Positions 37,246 to 43,643 of a stretch of 43,643 bases of DNA are shown in pieces. This stretch comes from a virus (taxonomy: Duplodnaviria > Caudoviricetes). Where the stretch lies: positions 1 through 43,643 of the IMG/VR virus record IMGVR_UViG_3300009179_000001; one strand, 5' to 3'. The stretch's first letter is position 1, and every line of letters begins with the position of its first letter. The notes beneath the pieces were generated by a model. The model searched no databases. It saw only the letters and a program-made list of their open reading frames with translations, and was not told the DNA's origin. Made by a program: the position numbers and the translations under genes.

Positions 37246-37368
37246 AAAACTTTTCATAGTTGAAACCATTGATGTTTTTGGCTTTAGCTATGCAAATTTT
37301 GCGATATTGCGAAACGTTTGCCTTTCTGTATTGTCAAAAAACTCAATGATTTCAACACTGAAAGTTTT
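37246..37368. repeat. Imperfect ~37-bp inverted repeat in the control region
   Basis: Arms at 37246-37282 and 37333-37368; core GTTGAAACCATTGA / TCAATGATTTCAAC (13/14 match). Confidence 0.7.
37279..37294 (+). promoter_or_regulatory. Second, weaker sigma54-like -24/-12 element
   Basis: TGGCTTTAGCTATGCA = GG-N10-GC. Confidence 0.35.
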
Positions 37369-37383
37369 GGCATTAGGTTTGCA
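37368..37383 (+). promoter_or_regulatory. Sigma54-type (-24/-12) early promoter
   Basis: TGGCATTAGGTTTGCA against consensus TGGCAC-N5-TTGCW; ~50 nt upstream of the first early gene, which has RBS AAGGAG. Confidence 0.65.
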
Positions 37384-37432
37384 CTATAATAGGGCATGCG
37401 GCAATTGAGCCGATTAAAAAAGGAGATTTTAA

Positions 37433-37651
37433 ATGAATAATCAAAATCATCAAACAATGACAGTCGGGGAAGCTGAAAAAATAAGTAGCGCTGCCAAGTA
37501 TATCAGATACGAAGGAGGAGCCCAATACTGGGAAACCTTGCCGCAAATCGCATATGCGATCAAGCGTGACAAAATAGCCCTTCCTAAAATGTTCCACTGC
37601 ATGGGATGCGGAACCGTCGGAATGCCTGACGAGGTAACAATCACCGAATGA
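37433..37651 (+). CDS. Hypothetical early protein
   Basis: Strong RBS; CxxC. Confidence 0.7.
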   Translation: MNNQNHQTMTVGEAEKISSAAKYIRYEGGAQYWETLPQIAYAIKRDKIALPKMFHCMGCGTVGMPDEVTITE

Positions 37652-37926
37652 TTGCGCGTCCTATCCGGCTCCGAGACTCGGTACCGGTCATGGCCGCACA
37701 ATGTGCAAAAAATGAGACTGAGATGACAAAACCAGGACCGAAATCACAGGAAATATGCAGAAAATACTGGGTGAAAAATGCCGGAGATGGTTGCTGCGTC
37801 GGGTGTCCGATACAGATACCGTGCGGAACATGGTGCCCTACAACAATAGAGGCAATTGAAAAACATAACGAAACCGTGGAAAACGCCGCAATCAAATATT
37901 TTGAGACCCAAAATATACCTGATTGA
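37648..37926 (+). CDS. Cys-rich hypothetical protein
   Basis: ATGA overlap; C...CCVGCP...C; true start may be downstream. Confidence 0.55.
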   Translation: MIARPIRLRDSVPVMAAQCAKNETEMTKPGPKSQEICRKYWVKNAGDGCCVGCPIQIPCGTWCPTTIEAIEKHNETVENAAIKYFETQNIPD

Positions 37927-37990
37927 AACACGAGACGCCGGAAGTCAGGTGGAGACGAGCGCACGAAGCGCAAAAACAAAGGAGATGAAT

Positions 37991-38254
37991 ATGAAAATCA
38001 CATGTCTGGATACCAATAAAAAAACAAAAATCAACTGGGACAATTCGCATGACGAACAGTTATCGGACGCGATTAACGACGCGGCAACCAGGCTAATCCG
38101 CCGCGAAGAGGAGTTTAAAATACGCGGCCATTTTATCGATTTGAAATATGACGAATTCGAACCACAATCAAAATATCGTGCAGAGGTTGTGTATCTGGTG
38201 GGTGGTTTGACGGAACATACAGGTAAATACAGAACGTTCAAAATCGAAAACTGA
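37991..38254 (+). CDS. Hypothetical protein
   Basis: RBS AAAGGAG upstream of the ATG at 37991. Confidence 0.65.
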   Translation: MKITCLDTNKKTKINWDNSHDEQLSDAINDAATRLIRREEEFKIRGHFIDLKYDEFEPQSKYRAEVVYLVGGLTEHTGKYRTFKIEN

Positions 38255-38267
38255 TTCGCGCCTCCGC

Positions 38268-38290
38268 TCTGCCGGCCAGAAATGGCCGGT
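38268..38290 (+). promoter_or_regulatory. Strong intergenic GNRA-capped hairpin
   Basis: GCCGGCCA-GAAA-TGGCCGGT; no U-tail. Confidence 0.45.
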
Positions 38291-38318
38291 GGTGACGGGG
38301 ATACGAAGGAGGAAAAAA

Positions 38319-38534
38319 ATGTTTGTTGTAACGTGTAACGGAAAAAAAAGAACCCACGGAGTTTGGAGTTTGGCAGTTGGAAGCGCCAGAACCATGTCAA
38401 TCTTCGAAATGGAACCAGCCCAAATCTGGTCAGAGGATGATCCGTTTAACCCGTTCGCAGAGTTTTCCAACGGAATGCGCACGGATGAGGATGACAATCG
38501 CACTTTTAAAATAGGTGGAAAAGATGACAACTGA
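38319..38534 (+). CDS. Hypothetical protein
   Basis: RBS AAGGAGG. Confidence 0.65.
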   Translation: MFVVTCNGKKRTHGVWSLAVGSARTMSIFEMEPAQIWSEDDPFNPFAEFSNGMRTDEDDNRTFKIGGKDDN

Positions 38535-38691
38535 AATACTTGTTGATTTTGCGAGGATGTTTTTGACAGTTATCGGATTGTGGTCAGTGCTATCGATTAT
38601 TGCGATAACTCCATTTGCTGTTAAAAACTATATCAATTCGTCCAGAATGGAAAAATTTAAAAGAAAACTTTATGAAACGGAGGAAGATTAA
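38524..38691 (+). CDS. Small membrane protein, 55 aa
   Basis: Read manually: MTTEILVDFARMFLTVIGLWSVLSIIAITPFAVK... Confidence 0.55.
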   Translation: MTTEILVDFARMFLTVIGLWSVLSIIAITPFAVKNYINSSRMEKFKRKLYETEED

Positions 38692-38692
38692 C

Positions 38693-38899
38693 ATGTGGAT
38701 ATGCGAGACAAGGGATGGCAAGGGAAGGACTGTCCAGAGGAGACTTGTGGAGCTCGAATCGTCACCCGCTTTGGTTTGTATGCCTGATGGATGGACAACC
38801 ACCGTAAGAAGGGCAACAGCAGATGATATATCTTCCATAAGAGAAGATATAAAAATGTTGTCTGTACGGAAAAACAGAAAATGCCATAGGAAGTGGTAA
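38693..38899 (+). CDS. Hypothetical protein
   Basis: RBS GGAGG. Confidence 0.55.
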   Translation: MWICETRDGKGRTVQRRLVELESSPALVCMPDGWTTTVRRATADDISSIREDIKMLSVRKNRKCHRKW

Positions 38900-39166
38900 A
38901 TGGCAAAATTCGTAAATACTTACGAAGGTAGAATAAAATGGATACATCATTTGATAACGGATGTCGCAAGGCCTGCAAACGGAAATCAGTATCCAATAGG
39001 TGAGCCGTATATTGTCATAAAGTATTTTTACCACTGGGTTTTTGATGATATCCATATTCGGCAAGGATGTGAAGACGTTACGATTGAATGGGTTGCGGAA
39101 GTGATCAATGATTTTCTCATTTCTGAAAATCCTAATTGCAGACATGAACTGTTAACCAATCCATGA
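38900..39166 (+). CDS. Hypothetical protein
   Basis: Abuts the previous stop. Confidence 0.6.
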   Translation: MAKFVNTYEGRIKWIHHLITDVARPANGNQYPIGEPYIVIKYFYHWVFDDIHIRQGCEDVTIEWVAEVINDFLISENPNCRHELLTNP

Positions 39167-39189
39167 TGTTTATATTGTTTAGTATTATT

Positions 39190-39205
39190 AGGCATAGAAA
39201 GTGCA
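39190..39205 (+). promoter_or_regulatory. Sigma54-like -24/-12 element upstream of the candidate sRNA
   Basis: AGGCATAGAAAGTGCA = GG (39191-39192)-N10-GC (39203-39204), in an AT-rich intergenic gap. Confidence 0.5.
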
Positions 39206-39215
39206 AGTTTACATA

Positions 39216-39342
39216 CGCAACGGCGTGTCCGTGGTTCTGGGTGTGATATAGGCCTGAACGACAGGCTGATTACAATCACACTCGGAACCGCCGACACGGC
39301 GAGCACACCCGCTGTCACTCCTTTCGGCGGGTGTGTTTTTTT
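39216..39342 (+). ncRNA. Candidate structured sRNA or leader RNA
   Basis: 24-bp stem 39224-39247/39275-39298 with 3 G.U pairs and 1 mismatch; inner hairpin GGCCTG/CAGGCT; followed by an intrinsic terminator. Confidence 0.6.
39302..39342 (+). terminator. Rho-independent terminator with an anti-SD loop
   Basis: AGCACACCCGCTG / CGGCGGGTGTGTT plus a U-tract; loop TCACTCCTTT. Confidence 0.75.
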
Positions 39343-39358
39343 ATCAAAGGAGCGAAAG

Positions 39359-39550
39359 ATGCGAGGTGCCCCGATGAGACGAACCATTACAGAAATGACC
39401 AACCGCGAATTCTCCCGCCTCCACGAGGCGCACGAAGACCGAGAGCTTGACGCCTATCTGAAAGAATCCCAAGCGTGTCTATGCGATGACAAACACTGCT
39501 CAGTTTGCGTCGACTGGTCGCAATTGGAGGCTGACGATGAGACGCCGTAA
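39359..39550 (+). CDS. Hypothetical protein
   Basis: RBS AAAGGAG at 39346-39352 (alternative start 39374); CxC...CxxC. Confidence 0.55.
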   Translation: MRGAPMRRTITEMTNREFSRLHEAHEDRELDAYLKESQACLCDDKHCSVCVDWSQLEADDETP

Positions 39551-39812
39551 AAAGCTCCCGAAGGAACCTGGTTGGAGATGGTACAAATCACAGTTTTCAA
39601 TGGACAACGCTGAATGGATTCCCGCAAAAATATGGGTCAGCACGCGCCTTGGGTTATGTTTCCTTCCATGGGGTAGGGCGTCGCATTGCGAAGCAAAGCC
39701 GATCTCAAACTCAATTCCATCCGAATGGGGCGGGCCAATAACCAGACATAAATTGTCCAATGCGAGACCTAAAATAAAAATAACCGCGTGTTTGGATCTG
39801 GACAAGGAGTGA
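39537..39812 (+). CDS. Trp-motif small family protein (PKEPGWRW...EWGGPI)
   Basis: RBS GGAGG. Confidence 0.65.
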   Translation: MRRRKKLPKEPGWRWYKSQFSMDNAEWIPAKIWVSTRLGLCFLPWGRASHCEAKPISNSIPSEWGGPITRHKLSNARPKIKITACLDLDKE

Positions 39813-39815
39813 CCG

Positions 39816-41030
39816 ATGGAAAACAAAATAAAATATAACAAATGTGAAGATTGTGGATCCACTGAAGCTAAACATTACTCTGCCAATTTAGGAGTATGTA
39901 ATGATTGTGGGCAATTTATGGATCGTGAAAATAAACTAATGGTGATTGCCTCCGAAAGTGGAATCGAGAAGACCAAGGCTCAAGCAGTCCTGGAGCAGTT
40001 CCAGTCCTTCGCAAATCAGGCGTCCGAGTGGGAACAAAAGACGCGAGCGTTGGTAATCACCGACGTGTCTCAAAAGAAAGAGATGCAACTTGCAAAATCA
40101 GCAAGGCTCAATCTTCGTGACATCCGCGTTGCTGCGGAGAAAAAGAAAAAGGAACTCAAGGCCGGAATCCTCGTGGAGGGCCGCTTGATTGACGCTATGT
40201 ACAATTTCATCGCCGGAGTCACGGAACCCCTCGAAAGAGAGCTCCTCGAAAAGGAGAAATTCGCAGAGCGGCAAGAGGCTGCGCGGCTCCTTAAGCTCAA
40301 AACCGAACGAGAGGAATCCCTCGCGCCGTACGGTATTGATACTCAATCCTACAGCCTGGGTTCCATGAGCGAAGAGGCCTTTTCGAACCTTCTCGACATG
40401 ACCAAAACTTCCTTTGAAGCAAAACAGGCCGAGGCCCGAAGGCTCGAAGAGGAGCGTATCGCCCGTGAGAAAAAAGATGCTGAAGAAAAAGCCGAACGTG
40501 AGCGATTGGACCGAGAGGAGCGAGCGAAACAGGCGGCTGAAAATGCGAGACTGAAAGCCGAGGCCGAGGAACGCAAGCGGCAGATCTCCGCCGAGCGAGC
40601 GAAGGCCGAGGCGAAGCTCAAGGAGATTGAAGAACAGTTCCGCAAGGAAGCCAGGGAACGCGCGGAGGCAGAACGAAAGCGGATTGCGGAGGCACAAAGG
40701 GCCAACGCTGAGGCCATTGAAAGCGCCAGGGTCGAGCGATTAAAAGCCGATGCCGAGATACGCAGAGCACGCGAAGAGGCAGAGAAGGCCCTCCGTGAAC
40801 TCCAAGAGAATAAGGCCGAAGAAGAGCGCATCAAGCGCGAAGAGTCATACCGTGTCGAGGCAGAGCGAAAACGGATTGAGGCGGCCGGGGACAAGGAAAA
40901 GCTGATCACCTATTTAGGCCAAGTGAAATCTATAACGTGGCCATGCCTTTCGTCTGACAAGGCTGATGCAATCGCGAAAAAGTTCAGGATGGCGATCTAT
41001 AATGCAACAATGGAATCGGAGGAGTTATGA
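39816..41030 (+). CDS. Coiled-coil phage protein with an N-terminal Zn ribbon
   Basis: CxxC...CxxC; 'ARLNLRDIRVAAEKKKKELK...GRLID...PLE..L...EKF'; long E/R/A/K tract. Confidence 0.8.
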   Translation: MENKIKYNKCEDCGSTEAKHYSANLGVCNDCGQFMDRENKLMVIASESGIEKTKAQAVLEQFQSFANQASEWEQKTRALVITDVSQKKEMQLAKSARLNLRDIRVAAEKKKKELKAGILVEGRLIDAMYNFIAGVTEPLERELLEKEKFAERQEAARLLKLKTEREESLAPYGIDTQSYSLGSMSEEAFSNLLDMTKTSFEAKQAEARRLEEERIAREKKDAEEKAERERLDREERAKQAAENARLKAEAEERKRQISAERAKAEAKLKEIEEQFRKEARERAEAERKRIAEAQRANAEAIESARVERLKADAEIRRAREEAEKALRELQENKAEEERIKREESYRVEAERKRIEAAGDKEKLITYLGQVKSITWPCLSSDKADAIAKKFRMAIYNATMESEEL

Positions 41031-41887
41031 ACCACACCGAATACAGCCAAATAAAGGCGCTCAACTGGTCGACGTTGAAAAAAATCAGCGTATCACCGGC
41101 CTATTTGAGGCACTGCATCGACCACCCTGAAGAGGAGTCGGATAAAGACGCGTATCGCCAAGGACGTGCCACACACTGCGCCACGCTTGAGCCAGAGCGC
41201 TTTTTGTCCGACTACATCGTGCAGCCGGACTTTGCACAAATGGCGCGTGACAAATTCGGCAATCTTCGCACCAAAGAGGCCCAGAATTATCGCGATGCAA
41301 ATCAAGCCGAGTGGTTCGAGAAAAACAATCGTCCCGGTGTTGAAATCATCTCGCAAGAGGAGATGGATCTCGCATTGAGAAGCGCGTCCTCCATTCGCAA
41401 AAACAGACACGCGATGTCTCTGCTCAGAGATTCCAAATGCGAGCAGGTTATCCGATGGTTCAATCCCGATACCGGGCTTGAGTGCAAAGGCAGAATCGAT
41501 ATCCAATGTGGTCGAATCGTCGATCTGAAAACTACCCGAAGGTCAACAGTTCGCGAACTGCTCATGGATGCCTCTAGATTCGACTACCACGCACAGGTCG
41601 CGTGGTACCATGACGGAGCGAAACAGTGCGGCCTAATCGACGGTGAGGCCCTTCCGGCCGCGATCTTTATCAACGCTGTTCCAGGCTCTACATTCACCGA
41701 TGTCGCAGTGCTCGACATGACAAACACCCCGTGGGTTTTTGAAGCCGGGCGCCGGTTGTACAAGAGCCTCATCAACCTCTATAGAGGCTGTCAGATTTCC
41801 GGAATATGGCCCGGCATGGCCCCTGCAATAGTGGACTGGACGGCACCGGATTGGAAGGTTGCCGAAAACGAAGGCGATGAATTTTAA
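41027..41887 (+). CDS. RecE-like PD-(D/E)XK exonuclease (DUF3799-type)
   Basis: 'LNWSTLK...SPA', 'GRATHCATLEP', 'CKGRID...IVDLKTT', 'YHAQVAWY'. Confidence 0.85.
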   Translation: MNHTEYSQIKALNWSTLKKISVSPAYLRHCIDHPEEESDKDAYRQGRATHCATLEPERFLSDYIVQPDFAQMARDKFGNLRTKEAQNYRDANQAEWFEKNNRPGVEIISQEEMDLALRSASSIRKNRHAMSLLRDSKCEQVIRWFNPDTGLECKGRIDIQCGRIVDLKTTRRSTVRELLMDASRFDYHAQVAWYHDGAKQCGLIDGEALPAAIFINAVPGSTFTDVAVLDMTNTPWVFEAGRRLYKSLINLYRGCQISGIWPGMAPAIVDWTAPDWKVAENEGDEF

Positions 41888-42082
41888 ATGCCTCTACACG
41901 GATACAAATGGAAATACCAATGGTGGCGCGTTGATAAATCAGTTGATTGGGAGCCTATCGCAACGCGCATCAACAATGATGGAGAAGAGATTGTGCAGTT
42001 CCTAGGAGTTCAACTTTGGAATTTTAAATCTATAGTTGGCGGCGAATTTGGACCCGAAATAAAGGAGAATCCCAATGACTGA
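41888..42082 (+). CDS. Trp-motif small family protein (..WEPI...EFGPEI..P)
   Basis: 64-aa ORF between the exonuclease and annealase genes. Confidence 0.55.
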   Translation: MPLHGYKWKYQWWRVDKSVDWEPIATRINNDGEEIVQFLGVQLWNFKSIVGGEFGPEIKENPND

Positions 42083-42830
42083 CTCACACGAAACAACTGA
42101 AGTGGCACCGGCTCAAATAACATATATTGAGCGGCCTTCGGCGCTTCATCCATTGGTTGCGCTGTTTCAGGCAAGCGGTGGAAATCCAACCCCTGAAATG
42201 ATGGCCCAGTGGATGGACCTTCAGGAGCGATACGAGGCACGTGAGGCTGAGAAAAAATACACGGCTGCAATGGCTATCGTAAAACCTCTTCTTCCGGTTG
42301 TGATTGGACACGACAAGGTAGTTGATTACGGAACAACCCATTTCACACATGCAAGCCTTCCTGCGGTTATGAAAGACGTCGTACCCGTCTTATCGGCTCA
42401 CGGATTCGTTTTGAAATGGATACCGTCTACTCCTAACTCGAACATGGTGACGGTAGAGTGCCGTATCACTCACTCCGGAGGGCATCAGGATTCGTGCACC
42501 ATCAGCGCCCCCCCCGATACCAAAGGGGGCAAGAACGCCGCCCAAGCTGTAGCATCAACGATAAAACTACTAGAACGGTACACGGCCCAGGCTCTCCTAG
42601 GTATAACCGATCAAGATGTCGACGAGATTGGATCGCACAAAACGGATGACGATGAAAAGATCGACACCGAGCTAAATCTGAAGGCCCTGGCCAGTCTCGC
42701 TAAAATTGGAATCGGTCAAATAGAGGCCGAGAATCATGTTCAGTGCGAATTTAATAAATGGACCAAAAAGGATGTCGGCTCGCTTCGCCAGTTGGCTGCG
42801 AGTCGCAAACAGCAAAACGAACAAGGCTAG
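42075..42830 (+). CDS. ERF-family single-strand annealing protein
   Basis: 'HASLPAVM..V.PVLSAHG...VECRITHSGGH...AQAVASTIKLLERYT....LGI...D.D'. Confidence 0.85.
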   Translation: MTDSHETTEVAPAQITYIERPSALHPLVALFQASGGNPTPEMMAQWMDLQERYEAREAEKKYTAAMAIVKPLLPVVIGHDKVVDYGTTHFTHASLPAVMKDVVPVLSAHGFVLKWIPSTPNSNMVTVECRITHSGGHQDSCTISAPPDTKGGKNAAQAVASTIKLLERYTAQALLGITDQDVDEIGSHKTDDDEKIDTELNLKALASLAKIGIGQIEAENHVQCEFNKWTKKDVGSLRQLAASRKQQNEQG

Positions 42831-42870
42831 TAATGATTCAAATTTGATGATCAATCGTGTGGAGGTTTTG

Positions 42871-43446
42871 ATGATTTTTTACGGAGACGGAGACGGAGAC
42901 GGATTCGGATATGGATACGGAGACGGACACGGATTCGGAGACGGATACGGAGACGGAGACGGATTCGGATACGGAGACGGATACGGAGACGGATACGGAT
43001 TCGGATTAGGATTAGGATACGGATACGGAGACGGATTCGGATATGGATTCGGAGACGGATGCGGAGACGGATGCGGAGACGGAGACGTATACGGAGACGG
43101 ATTAGGATGCGGATGCGGAGACGGATTCGGATATGGATTCGGAGACGGACACGGATTCGGATGCGGATACTCAGACGGATTCGGATTAGGATTAGGATGC
43201 GGAGACGGATTCGGATGCGGGGACGGAAACGTAATATCAACAATCGGACAAAGGGAAGTAATCCATATAACCGTTTTTGATTACATAAAAATCGGATGCC
43301 AAATCCACACGTTTGAATGGTGGGAGGTTAATTGGCGTGAGGTTGCCAGCGAATATGACGTCAAGATAACTAAAAAAGAAGTTGTCGAGATATTTGATAC
43401 GATAAACATGAAACGCGTCAAAGACGCAGAATTGGAGTCAAGATGA
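42871..43446 (+). CDS. Gly-X repeat protein with C-terminal IGCQ domain, copy A (includes Gly-Cys units)
   Basis: RBS GGAGG, ATG at 42871; paralog of 204-803. Confidence 0.8.
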   Translation: MIFYGDGDGDGFGYGYGDGHGFGDGYGDGDGFGYGDGYGDGYGFGLGLGYGYGDGFGYGFGDGCGDGCGDGDVYGDGLGCGCGDGFGYGFGDGHGFGCGYSDGFGLGLGCGDGFGCGDGNVISTIGQREVIHITVFDYIKIGCQIHTFEWWEVNWREVASEYDVKITKKEVVEIFDTINMKRVKDAELESR

Positions 43447-43643
43447 AAGCGATAATTTATCACGGGGCAAATGGGCGATGCATGATTTACGGAGATATCG
43501 ATGGAGATCTTCCACTGCCAGGTCAGACAGTTAGAGTCAAAAACGCACGAATGATCCTTCGTGTAGAAACAGTTGGTAATCTTGGTATTGCCGGATGCGG
43601 TCCCAAGCAAGGAAGCGATACCCGCATTGGCCACGTTGTACCA
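43443..43643 (+). CDS. 5' part of the junction-spanning DUF6948-like protein (continues to 207)
   Basis: ATGA overlap with the copy A stop; 26 codons precede the terminal repeat and the frame is preserved. Confidence 0.65.
   Translation, partial: MKAIIYHGANGRCMIYGDIDGDLPLPGQTVRVKNARMILRVETVGNLGIAGCGPKQGSDTRIGHVVP
43521..43643. repeat. Direct terminal repeat, copy 2
   Basis: Identical to 1-123. Confidence 0.95.

Noticed and set aside
37626-37649. CTGACGA-GGT...ACC-GAAT hammerhead-like core
   Set aside because: GAAT instead of GAAA, stems I/III not formed, and inside coding sequence

Overview
The window is an apparently complete ~43.5 kb tailed-phage genome. Bases 1-123 are repeated exactly at 43521-43643, so the unit length is about 43,520 bp and the map is circular or circularly permuted. 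Every credible gene is on the + strand. From the non-coding control region at ~37.2-37.4 kb the order is: small early genes; a recombination module (coiled-coil protein, RecE-like PD-(D/E)XK exonuclease, ERF-family annealase); a duplicated Gly-X repeat gene pair flanking a DUF6948-like gene across the junction; replication initiator and helicase loader; accessory genes (Lar-like, VRR-NUC, DUF5131, SLT-like muralytic enzyme, receptor-L-like secreted protein, DUF5664-like); then terminase, portal, head, and non-contractile-type tail genes, including a G/GT-type -1 frameshift. I found no integrase, CI-like repressor, DNA polymerase or reverse transcriptase. The most unusual content is non-coding: (1) a textbook type II hammerhead ribozyme at 982-1037; (2) a hammerhead-shaped but core-variant fold over the scaffold-gene ribosome-binding site; (3) a tRNA/tmRNA-like element at ~10.9 kb; (4) a candidate sigma54-promoted ~125-nt sRNA whose terminator loop is an anti-Shine-Dalgarno perfectly complementary (10 nt) to the RBS of the first recombination-module gene. 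All protein family calls come from motif recognition by eye, not database searches.
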